A DNA stretch of 64,000 nt from Perna viridis (taxonomy: Eukaryota): contig CM074511.1 in assembly GCA_037379345.1 (NCBI GenBank), positions 62,812,862 through 62,876,861 on the forward strand, given 5' to 3'. Shown piece after piece: positions 52,520-62,626 of this stretch. Both the position numbers and the translations under genes were made by a program. The notes below the pieces were generated by a model, which did no database searches, was not told where the DNA came from, and saw only the letters and a list, made by a program, of their open reading frames with translations. How positions within the stretch are numbered: the first letter of the stretch is position 1; the number at the start of each line of letters is the position of its first letter.

Positions 52520-53931
52520 GATTGATTTCATAGCTATGTTAAAGATAAGAAACAACAGGTAGTTATACAGACTTGGTCAGATCTTTGCAATACGTCGGAT
52601 GGAGTACCGCAAGGCTCAGTATTTTGACCCCTTTATTTATAAACAATATAAATGACATAGCAGATAGTCTATTTTCCCTTTGTGGAAGTTTTGCTGATGG
52701 TACATCTTTCGGCTACTCGAGCAACAATATAACAGAAGTAAAAATGTTATTGATCGCGATCTTTTATCGTTGGACAAATGGTCAAAAACGTGGTTAATGC
52801 ACTTTAACCCAAATAAAACAAAATTTATGATGTTTTCAAAAGTCGATATTCCAAATATAAATTTCAGTCTGAACGGAAAAGACATTCCGCTTAACAAAAC
52901 TCATAAACATTTAAGAGTTACTTTTAATGACGACGCAATGTGGAACGATCACATAGAAAATCCAGTTACCTAGATTAGAAAGCATATTCTTCGAAATTAA
53001 AAAAAATTAAACTTTCTTGGAATCACTTAAAAAACTATTCAAAGTGTATATCCGCTCTTTATTTGGATATGCTTCGGAAATCTCTGTGATAGTAAACACC
53101 CAAAAGCTGGTAACTTTACACCTCGAAGCTGCTAGAATAATAACTGGCTAACCGATATTCAACAAATCGGAGCAAGTATATAGCGAAATTGGATGGGGCA
53201 AAAACTAGAAGATCGACAAAAACGTAAGAAATTTATTTCATAAAAAATATGATAAAATGGCTCCGGATTATTTACACGACGATTCAATCTACTACAGTAT
53301 ATCCGCTTCGGAATGGTGAAGATATAATTGTTCCTTTTTTTTGTCGGTTGTCGATGATTCGTGATTTTTTTCATCAACAATAATCGAGTGGAATAGATTA
53401 GACAGAACATTGAGAGAGATTCAGGCACAAAAAAATTATTGTGTTTACTGACCGCAAATGATAAATTAACTGTTCCCTAAACATTGTTGTTACAGCCCAA
53501 AAAATTTAAATATATTGATAACTCAACTTCGTAATTCTTCATCCTTTGTAAAATTTGATTTTTATAGAGTCAATATTATACAAAGTCCGTCGTGTCATTA
53601 TGGTCATACATACGAGACTGCTCAGCATTACTTTTTTGTATGCCCTTTTTATAACAATTCAAGAACCAAACTAATGAGCGACCTACAGTGGGTTCTTGAA
53701 TTTTGCAATATAGATCTACATCTACTTGTTGGTCTTGCAGAAAATCTATCAGAAAAACAATATCAGGTTGTGCTGGACCGTGTATATTCCTTCGTTAAAT
53801 GCACTAAAAGATTCCTTATTGCTTGAGCTAAGTTAGTGCATATTACATCACATCACATCTCACCACATTACCTTATGTCATATTTTTATTGTCTCGTTTT
53901 AACTTTGTAAAACATAACACTATTGAATTTG
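52520..53931 (+). mobile_element. 5'-truncated decayed CR1-group LINE, left part (interrupted by the Polinton)
   Basis: GVPQGSV, NINDIAD...FADGT, WSKTWLMHFNPNKTK, HKHLRVTF, and C-terminal ITQLRNSSS...ETAQHYFFVCPFY. ORF ends at 53826. Confidence 0.85.
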
Positions 53932-54062
53932 AGTAGTGTCAAAAGGTCGATTCTACCCCACATGCAGAAATGCTGCATAAAACCCCCAACCCCGACGGCC
54001 AAATGCAAACAGACAGCATCCCTATTGAGCATAGGGTAAATACAAGAATTATGGCTTTCGTA
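53932..54062 (+). repeat. Polinton left terminal inverted repeat
   Basis: Matches the reverse complement of 62615-62745 with 10 mismatches in 131 bp (counted by eye). Confidence 0.95.
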
Positions 54063-57000
54063 CAGAGCACAAGTCAGGTCGCTCCAGCTGAGGATAGTGG
54101 GGATGTGGATAAGGACACCTTAAAGAAAGGTGTGCCAGAGATTGAAATAAATAAAGGGATGACATCCAATAGTGATAATATGAATCGCTACCAGGATTTC
54201 TTTCTGGAGAATGAAGAAGATTTGGAGGATACCACTCCAACCCCAAACCCCCAAAGGCAGCGGGAGTGCTGCGATAAACCCAACGTGATCGAGGTGTATG
54301 AGCATATCCAGCAGTGCCAAAATTGCGGTGCACAATGAACCAAGCCGCGATTTGAGTACCAACAAGGGGAGCAGAAGACCACATGCGGCGTCCCACTCGA
54401 GAGAAAGAAGGGGCAATTCTGCAAGAGCAAGCCCGGGAAGGATGGTCTTTGCTGGAGGCATAGCAAGGAACCACGCCAGCAGGAGGAGGAGGAGGAGGAG
54501 GTCATTCCAATCGTAGGTAAGATCGTGGTCAAAGAGACCACGAAGGCACTCCGTAAAATAGCTAAGGAAGAGGGTCTGAGGCTCAAGAGAGGAGATCTAC
54601 TCCAGCAGGTGGAAGAGAGCATCAGAAGCGCCTCAGTCGAAGATGAGATTAAGATCACCGAATGGTGTATTTGGCACGGTCATCATCGAACCTTTGAAGC
54701 CGCATGACGTAGCTACGTTTCTCAAGCTAAGTCGAAGCACGATCTCCACCCCATCTCAGATGCTCTCGCCCAAAAGAAGGGATTGAAGGTCCACTTAGTG
54801 TTCCTAGTGGACATGGTGAAAACGAGCCCCACGACCAAAGAGAATATCTACATCACCACTCCCTTCAGATCACGCACGACACTGCTCATGGAATCTGACG
54901 ACCTCGACTTGGAGATCGCCTCCATGATGGAGAAGATCAAGGAGAGTATGGCTAGTTATATGCGCGAAGGGAGTGGATGGACTTTCAGCAGCGTCGATAA
55001 GCTAGAAATCCATCTGAACCAATTCAAGCCGCTCAAGGGGAGTTCCTTCATACCGACGCCATCGGCACTCGCGAAAAAGAAGGCGATCGTCAATATGAAG
55101 AATGAGGACGATGCTGCTTCCAGTGGGCGATTCTCTCAGCCCTGCATCTCGACGAGGTGGATCAGAAGCATACCAACCGGGTGAGCCAATACGCGAAATG
55201 GGAGAACGAGCTAAAATTCGAAGGCATCGACTTCCCGGTCTCCCTCAAAGCGATCGATAAATTCGAGAGGCAAAATGCCTCTATCAACGTCTTTGGCTTC
55301 GATGGCATTAAGAAGGGTGAGGATGAGGAAGAGGATCTTCAGGTTTATCCCCTCAGAATATCCAAGGGTACAGGCCCCACCCAAGTAGATATCCTCTTCT
55401 TGACTCGCGAAGGTAAGCAGATTATTGCTGGATCAAGAGCCTCTCTCGACTCCTGAGCTCTCAAATCTCAGAGCACGGCCATGAGCTCTTCTTTTGCCGC
55501 AGATGCCTCTGCCAATTCTGCAGGCAAGATATGCTGGACGAGCATACTGAATATCTGCAGGGAGAAGAAGCCGATGGTGATGAGCAACGAGGATAAGAAG
55601 AGCTTCGAAGCAAGCACGCACTGCCACATCTGCGGCGGCGCATTGAATGGGGATAAGGTCCGGAACCACGACCACCTCACCGATAAGTATCGGGGCGCGA
55701 CACACAACCAGTGCAACCTAGATTTTCAGCTTCCGAAGCACGTGCCCATCATACTCCATCATATCTGAGTGGGTACGATGCCCATCTTTTCGTGAAGGAA
55801 TTCGACGGGGGAAAGATCACCTGCATCCCGAATACGGATGAGAAATATATCAGCTTCTCGAAGCAACTAGACGATGGCCTGGAGATGAGATTCATCGATT
55901 CGTGCAGATTCATGCTCAGCTCCCTCGAAAATCAATTGATGAATCTCACGCCCGATAAATTCAAGGCGGTTTGGGGATGCTCTGGCGATAAGTACGAGCT
56001 AATAATTAGGAAGGGGGTCTATCCCTACGATTACGCCGATGGGCCTGCCAAGCTGGAGGAGACTCAGCTCCCACCCAAGGAGACCTTCTTCAGCACGCTT
56101 ACCGGTGAGCACATCAACGACGAGGACTATGCACATGCTCAGGGAGTCTGGTGGCCTTCGACTACTAGACGCTGCGGGACTATCACAATCTCTGCCTGGA
56201 ATCCGACGTAGCCATACTGGTGGATGTCTTCGAAGACTTCAGGGACATCTGCATGGGAAAATTATGGGCTCGATCCTGCCCACCACTTCACGCCCCCGGG
56301 CTAGCCTATGACGCAGCCCTCAAAACCACCGGGGTCAGATTGGAGCTGCTCTCCGATCCGGACATGCTGCTGATGATCGAGAGGGCAACCAGAGGGGGCG
56401 TCGCCAGGATCTCCCACCGCCACGCCAAGGCCAACAATCCCTACATGGCCGACTACGATCACTCCCAACCCACCAAATATCTCACATACCTCGACGCTAA
56501 TAACCTCTACGGTTGGGCGATGGCACAGCCACGGGAGACTTCGAGTGGATGGAGCCGGAGGAGATCGAGAAGGTCTTTGAGTATATATCCCGACGATCAC
56601 GAGTACGGAGCCATGGTGAAATGCGATCTGGAATATCCGCAAGATCTTCACGACGCCCACGACTACCCTGTTGTGCCGGAAAACGTGGAAAATGACAAGG
56701 TGCGCAAGCTCGTGCCTCATCTAGGCAAGCGCGAAAAATATGCCCTCCACTATCGAAATCTCAAGCTCCACTTATCGATGGACATGAAGCTCGTCAAAGT
56801 CCATCGCATCATAGGGTTCAGGCAATCCCCCTGGCTCAAGTCGTATATCGAGCTGAATACGAAGCTTCGAGCCGCAGCCAAGACCGACTCCTAGAAGGAA
56901 TTTTTCAAGCTCATGAATAATTCGGTCTTCGGCAAAACGATGGAAAATATTTGGAAGCGCGTCGACGTCAGACCAGTCACCACCGCGAAGCAGGCCCTGA

Positions 57001-57668
57001 AGCTCGTGGCCAAACCCAACTTCGATCGCCGCGTCGTCTTCACCGAGAATTTGGCAGCCGTCCATATGAAAAAGACCAAGCTGAAGTTCGATAAGCCCGT
57101 CTACGGAGGAGCATGCATCTTGGATATCTCGAAGCTCCTGATGTACGACTTCCACTACGGATTCGTGAGGAAGACGTACGGCGATAAGGCCCGACTGCTT
57201 TTTACCGACACAGACAGCTTGGCCTACGAAATTCAGACCGTCGACTTCTACAAAAACATCGCGCCACACGTCCAGGAAAAATTCGATACGTCCAACTACC
57301 CCACCGGCGTGAATAAGAAGATCATCGGGATGTTCAGGGACGAGTGCGGCGGCAAGAACATGACCGAATTCGTAGGGCTACGGGCGAAGCTATACGCCTT
57401 CAAGTTAGGGGATGACGAGACCACCACGAAGGCGAATGGAGTCACCAAGAGCGTCATCAAGCGCAGCATCGCCTTCGAGGACTACAAGCGATGCCTCGAC
57501 ACCCAGCAGGAGATTCACCGTCCGATGAATATCATCCGGATCCATCCCCATCAGATCTACACGGAGATCAACAAGATCGCTCTGTCCGCCAAAGATGACA
57601 AGCGCCACATCCTCCCGGACGGCATCAGCACTCTCACCCACGGACACTATCGAATCGCCCGCGACTGA
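54051..57668 (+). pseudogene. polB: Protein-primed family B DNA polymerase (with terminal-protein region and endonuclease VII-like insert), frameshifted
   Basis: EGSGWTF...PLKGSSFIPTP...KKAIVNMKNED, CHICG...VRNHDHLT...YRGATHNQCN, SGYDAHL, RFIDSCRF, RKGVYPYDY, YLDANNLYGWAM, FFKLMNNSVFGKTMEN, LFTDTDSL, EFVGLRAKLY, ALSAKDDKR. Several stops and frameshifts; the true start may be 54051, 54159 or 54180. Confidence 0.95.
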
Positions 57669-57723
57669 CGTCCCCCACCACCCCTCTGCACTTAGCAGGT
57701 TCTGACGGATGCGGATGCCCATA

Positions 57724-58084
57724 CTGTGGAGTAGAGATCGACGTTGTGCTTCCGCAGCATATCCTTCATCTCGCGATTATAAAATTCCGTCCCCTTATCG
57801 GTCCATAGCTTTTTGGGGGTGCGATCCTTGAAGACGGTCCGGAAGGCATCTCGCACCGTGGCACCTTTCTTTTCCTTGAGCGGCACCAGCCAGCCGTACT
57901 TGGAAAAGACGTCGATTATGCTCAAGAGGTACTAGTATTTGAAGCCTCGGTTATCGCAGGAGAAGGCGCTAATATCCACGAGATCGGCAGCTCAGATCTC
58001 GTCCACCCCACCTACCACCACGCGACGCTTCTGGAATTTGCGTCGGATTGGCTTATGCAGCTCTTCGGCTAGTTCATCCGACCA
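57724..58084 (-). pseudogene. Retroviral-like (rve/DDE) integrase, N-terminal half
   Basis: WSDELAEELHKPIRRKFQKRRVVVGGVDEI(*=W)AADLVD...IIDVFSKYGWLVPLKEKKG...PKKLWTDKGTEFYN...VDLYST. Two in-frame stops; truncated before the catalytic Glu. Confidence 0.93.
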
Positions 58085-58520
58085 TACATTTTCCCCCAAA
58101 CCCAGCCCAAATCGCGCTTTAGTGCCGATGATGGGTTTGACGATGCTACGCTCGAAGCGCTCACGTGCGGTGGGGATGGCATCGAGGGAGGCTAGCATCG
58201 TCTTATCGCAGATCGAATTGCGTGCGGCCGTATCCTTGTGCTTGGCATAACAAAGATCGTGGCGATAGGCGACCTCATCGACTCGATTGATGGGCCTCGA
58301 CCAAGGTTTGGGGGTGCCGTCGGCATCGAGTCGCTGGCTGAGTCTGGTCCCCGGACCGGTGAAATTATGCCCAGATAGATGCATTTCGACGGGCATCCGA
58401 TTGATCAGCTTATTCATGAGTCCAGCGCCCTCCTCCGTCTTGATGAATTGCGACTTCAGCGTACCGCACCCGGCGCAGGTCCCCACCTTCTGCCGCCGCC
58501 GTCCGTCATTGCTCGTGATC
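58085..58520 (-). CDS. Parvovirus-type phospholipase A2 domain with upstream CxxCG zinc-ribbon half, in frame with the integrase
   Basis: HLSGHNFTGPGT (Ca-binding loop), PINRVDEVAYRHDLCY (HDxxY catalytic motif), ICDKTML; preceded by CAGCGTLKSQF. The 5' end appears truncated. Confidence 0.88.
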
Positions 58521-58522
58521 AA

Positions 58523-58720
58523 ATGGACGTTGAAGATCTTACCTATGATGAGCCCACCGCGAGTCCTCGGCATAACCACTTTCTCCTCCCACAGCGATCC
58601 ACCCGTGGTCTGCCATCGGGAAATCGGACTGCGGCAAGACTACGCTGCTGAATAACCTCCTCACCATTCCTGACCATCGATCTCACAAGCCCCAAGACGG
58701 CAGGGAAATATCTATGCAAC
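58523..58720 (+). pseudogene. Packaging ATPase (A32/FtsK-like) remnant: N- and C-termini joined
   Basis: MDVEDLTY...PRHNHFLLPQRSTRGL, then a frameshift to IGKSDCGKTTLLNNLL (Walker A; G at 58618), followed almost at once by TIDLTSPKTAGKY, which resembles the ATPase C-terminus. Confidence 0.75.
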
Positions 58721-58837
58721 CACCGTGCTGCATCGAGACCGTACGTGGCCATTAGTGCACGTACCCATCCATATCGGGCAGTGATAAATGTAAGAAGCAC
58801 TCGAAGCTTTTCCCCGAGGCATGCTATCGGTGTGGTG

Positions 58838-58984
58838 ACGCTAAGGGGCGATCGATCCAACGCTTAGGGGCGATCAATCCAACGCTTAGGGGCGATCAAT
58901 CCAACGCTTAGAAGCGTTCGTTCCAACGCTTGGGGGCGATCAATCCAACGCTTGGGGGCGTTCGATTCAACGCTTAGGGGCGAT
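58838..58984. repeat. 22-bp tandem repeat inside the Polinton, ~6.7 copies
   Basis: Unit ACGCTTAGGGGCGATCAATCCA with variants. Confidence 0.95.
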
Positions 58985-59001
58985 GGCGAAGCTATAAATA
59001 A

Positions 59002-59623
59002 ATGACGTTTATCAAGATCACCGATCCCAAGCAATGTGAAGCGCTTGCTCACTACCCATCGAGCAAGCGATGATGAGCACCAGCCTCGGCCCGCGACGCA
59101 CTATCTCCAGCTCAGTATGACTTCCAAGGCCGATCATGCCTTTGGATTGCGAGTGGACGACGATTCCATCATAATCGGAAGTCTGCCCGTCACTTTTGAT
59201 GGAGACGATATTTTCGTCGATTGTAAGCGCTATAAGTGTACCCCTGGCCTATGGGAACTCATGGTGCTGAAGCATCCCAAAGATTTCGACGTGGTAGACC
59301 TGAATACCTATGGCGATATCATACGAGCATCGGGGGCCATGTATTCCATCCTCTCTCGCACTCCAAAGTCCAATCGAAGCCGCAAATGGAAGGAGATTGT
59401 ATCCCACTTTTATAAGCAAGATAAGTATGGCAGCGGGATGCCGACCGTCTTCCTCCCCACGTGCTTCGACCAGCTGCTGGGTCGTCTCGATTTTTGCGCT
59501 GCCGCATACCAGGCTGGAAATAATGGGGTGCGCAACGAAATCGTGGCCATACTCGACGCCATGAGGAAGTCCGGTCATATCAGCAGGGAGGAGTACGAGA
59601 AGCTGCATCGAAGGCTCCTCTAG
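59002..59623 (+). pseudogene. Conserved Polinton/adintovirus hypothetical protein, 5' part disrupted
   Basis: Starts MTFIKITDPK after TATAAATAAATG, then a frame break. Motifs DHAFGL, YKCTPGLWELM, KWKEIV, FLP...RLD...AGNNGVRNEIVAILD are recalled from Polinton accessory proteins. Confidence 0.65.
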
Positions 59624-59634
59624 ATAAATTAACG

Positions 59635-59968
59635 ATGCCTTTAGTATTGAATCACGGTTATCGCCGAAGGTATGCCGTCGGCGGGCGAGGACTATTCGAT
59701 GCCATCACCAATCTAGCAGGACGCGTGCTTACCTCTTCCGCCGTCAAGACGTTGGGTAGTAAGGCCGTGAGCGCTGCTTCCAATGCAGCCCTGAAAGGCG
59801 TGGAGAAAGTTGCGGCTAAGGCCGTGGACCACGTCGTCCATCGAGTGACTCGTAAGAAAAATCCTCCCCCAAGACCAAGAGGACCTCGCAGCAGCAGGCC
59901 CGTCTCAATGATCTCATCTCTGGCGGGGGCATCGCCACCATCCACGACTTCGCTCGGCGCTATAAATA
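59635..59968 (+). CDS. Small basic Ala/Lys-rich amphipathic virion protein (cupiennin-like / adenovirus pVI- or pVII-like candidate); 3' end uncertain
   Basis: YRRRYAVGGRG|LFDAITNLAGRVLTSSAVKTLGSKAVSAASNAALKGVEKVAAKAVDHVV; lies directly upstream of the MCP. Confidence 0.6.
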
Positions 59969-59977
59969 AAATATATA

Positions 59978-61262
59978 ATGGCCGATATGCTTTCTATCAC
60001 CGAAGGACTGACTTTCGATGAAAGTCTCCAGGAGTATCAGGTTCACGAATACGAACCTCAAGCCGGGGCGCAGCTGAATAATGCCGGCGCAGAGATACGC
60101 ATCAATATCGAGAGCCAAGATCTCTTCCTCCACCCCGCCGAAAGCTATCTCTTGATTGAAGGCCGACTTCAGAAGAATGATGGCTCTGCGTATGGCAACA
60201 GCGATCTGGTATCGCTCGTCCATAACGGTGCTATGTATCTCTTTCGTAGCATCAGCTACCGACTCTCCGGCCAGCAGATCGAGCACCTCAACGACCCCGG
60301 CATCGCCACCACCATGCTAGGAATGCTGACGTACCCCGACGACTTCTCCAAATCGCAAGGCCTCAACCAACTATTGTTCAAAGACTCCACGACCAATGCT
60401 GAGGCAGAAAACGTTGGATTTGCAGGACGTCACGGGTATATCATCACCAAGCCAACCAATAAGGGATCCTTTTCTTTCTCCATCCCACTGAAGCACGTCT
60501 TTGGCTTTGCCGAGGACTACGATGAGATCGTCTACGGATTCAAGCACGAGCTTTCCATGGTGCGTGATTCGGATGCTAATGCCATTCTCCGTGCTGCCGC
60601 CGTCAACGACGTGGCCAAAGTAGTATTGAGTAAGGTTTCCTGGTTCGTCTCCCGAGTCATTCCCTCTGACGAAAAAAAGCTGCGCCTCTATAAGACCATC
60701 CAGAGCAAGGCCAAGATCGATTGCGGATTTCGCATGAGGCAGTGCGACTCCATCACCGTGCCGCAGACTTCACAATTTCACTGGCGTCTAGCCGCTAAAA
60801 GCGGGCGAGAAAAACCGCGATGGATCATCGTCACCTTTCCGACCGAACGGAATAATGACCAGCTGCATAATGCCGCTGTCTTCGACCACTGCCGATTGCG
60901 AAATATCCACGTGACCCTCAATGTGGAGCGCTATCCCGCCGTTGAATTCAATGCCGGCTTCACCCAATGCAGTGTCGCTAGGCTCTACAGGGAGGCTTCC
61001 GAATTCTGCAAGAAATTCTATAGCATGGAAAGTCTGCTGAGCAATGGCGGCATCAATCCCTCCGACTTCATCGATCTCTATCCCCTATTCGTCATCGACG
61101 TGAGCCATGTCCGAGCGGTTGAAAGAGTCGAGGGTGGATATCCAGATCCGAGCCGATTTCGAGCGCAACGTTCCTGCCAATACCCAAGCCGTCGCCCTGG
61201 TCATCTCCGATCGAATCCTCCAATTCGAATCCGACGGCCAGACGATGAGCGTCGTCTTCTGA
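59978..61262 (+). pseudogene. Major capsid protein (double jelly-roll, hexon-like) with one frameshift near 61110
   Basis: DESLQEYQVHEYEP...IRINIESQDLFLHPAESYLLIEGRL...FSFSIPLKHVFGFAEDYDEIVYGFKHELSMVR...EKPRWIIV...FDH...ERYP...YPLFVIDVS. The C-terminus continues in another frame as ERLKESRVDIQIRADF...ISDRILQFESDGQTMSVVF* (TGA 61260-61262). Confidence 0.9.
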
Positions 61263-61271
61263 GGAGGGTAA

Positions 61272-62018
61272 ATGGACGCTTCACTTTTGCGGAAAATCGC
61301 CACCAATACCGAGCCCAAACACGGGTTCTCCTTCATCGTCTCTGGGAACGATAGCCAGATCTTGACCTGCTTCAACCCACCCATCCAACTGCGCGAGGAG
61401 AAAGCTTACGAGATGGCCCTCGTGAATCTGGAGACGTACTACTCCATCCCCAATATTCATGTAGCTAATAATTCCTTCCTTCCGCTACTCTCCCGATGAT
61501 GTCGCACTGAGCACCGGCTCTTATGGCATCGACGATATCAATGATAAGATCCAGCGGCAACTGCGGCTCCATAAGCACAAGGCTAAGATCCTTCTCGATG
61601 CCAATCGCGCGACTCTGTGAGCAACCCTCACCCACGCCAGTAATTATCAAGTGGATTTCGACGTGCCCAATAGCCTAAATACGGTGCTTGGATTCGAGCG
61701 CCGGACGTATACCTACGACCGAAGCACCAACGGCTACGCGGAGGGTGAGCGCATCGCCAATATCATCAGCATCAATAGCATCCTCGTGAATAGCGATATC
61801 ATTCACGGAAGCTACGTGGACGGCACCCAGCAGTCCACCATCTATAGCTTCTTTCCCGCGGTCGATCCGGGCATGAAAATCATCCAGACCCCCAAGAATC
61901 TGGTCTAACCCTGAGGACCATCGACCGCATGCAGACGTATCTGACCGATCAGGACGGTCGCCCCATCGATATGCGAGGGGAGCATCTCACCATCCGCTTT
62001 CATCTGCGTGAGGTATAA
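61272..62018 (+). pseudogene. Minor capsid protein (penton), frameshifted
   Basis: FNPPIQL...YEMALVNLETYYSIPNI...NNSF; GSYGIDDIN; NSLNTVLGF; NIISINSILVNSDIIHGSYVDG...IYSFFPAVDPGMKIIQTPKNLV; LTDQDGRPIDMRGEHLTIRFHLREV*. Confidence 0.88.
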
Positions 62019-62022
62019 ATGA

Positions 62023-62124
62023 ATGGATTATCAAGAGTACGGTCTGAACTTGACGAAAGGTCAAGCGGAAAAAATCCAGCATGCGGCAAAGAAGGGATGT
62101 CCCATCTTGGGCATGCTCCTCTAG
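62023..62124 (+). pseudogene. Collapsed remnant of a conserved Polinton accessory gene
   Basis: MDYQEYGLNLTKGQAEKIQHAAKKGCP joined to ILGMLL*; resembles the N- and C-terminal motifs of a normally longer adintovirus protein (recall). Confidence 0.5.
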
Positions 62125-62134
62125 GTATAAATAA

Positions 62135-62478
62135 ATGGACTCGTAGACTCTAGGAAGCAATCCTACAGGCAAGCTAGGATCAAATCGACCGAGCGAGAGC
62201 TCAAATCCGAAATGCACAAGTACAACTGACTGTCGAGGATCTATAAGCGAGTGGACAAAGTGGTGTCTTTTGCTCTAGATACATGTGCCGTGCTCAATGT
62301 CATTTGCACCACCGGTACACTCAGCACTGCCACAACAGGGATAGGTGCCCTGGCATGTATTCCCTTGAGCTCACTAGCCATCCTGAATTCGATCGGAATG
62401 GTGGTATTGACGGTCCTATCCAAACGCATCCGCAAGAAACGCATGAAGCATGAAGACACCGTGCGTATCGTCAAAACC
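62135..62478 (+). pseudogene. Coiled-coil plus two-hydrophobic-helix protein (adintovirus gasderminX-like), 3' truncated
   Basis: YRQARIKSTERELKSE...IYKRVDKVV...ATTGIGALACIPLSSLAILNSIGMVVLTVLSKRIRKKRMKHEDTV; start follows TATAAATAAATG. Confidence 0.55.
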
Positions 62479-62626
62479 TACCGTCCACCTCTATCACCTC
62501 CATGATCTTGTAGATTACCCCGATGGGTAGGTCCTTCCATTTCTGAGCTTCCTGACTCTGCTCCTCGACCTTTTCCTGGAAGAAATCTTCACTGATGAAG
62601 TCTTCTCCGATAGATACGAAAGCCAT
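62471..62626 (-). CDS. Small acidic ORF starting inside the right TIR (51 aa; possibly a truncated OB-fold/ssDNA-binding protein)
   Basis: MAFVSIGEDFISEDFFQEKVEEQSQEAQKWKDLPIGVIYKIMEVIEVDGRF*; too short for the supplied ORF track. The function is inference. Confidence 0.55.
   Translation of the reverse strand: MAFVSIGEDFISEDFFQEKVEEQSQEAQKWKDLPIGVIYKIMEVIEVDGRF

Noticed and set aside
1-53000. Most 60-140-aa ORFs in the AT-rich host region
   Set aside because: They lie in introns or repeats, often have non-ATG starts, and lack motifs or splice support.
54049-57722. Numerous minus-strand and alternate-frame ORFs overlapping polB
   Set aside because: These are shadow ORFs expected in GC-rich coding DNA and carry no recognisable motifs.
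58838-58984. CRISPR-like array
   Set aside because: The repeats are contiguous with no unique spacers, there are no cas genes, and the context is eukaryotic.
61110-61354. Arg-rich C-terminus of the 458-aa ORF as a real MCP extension
   Set aside because: It arises from a frameshift. The MCP-like C-terminus is in another frame ending at 61262, and the extension overlaps the penton start.
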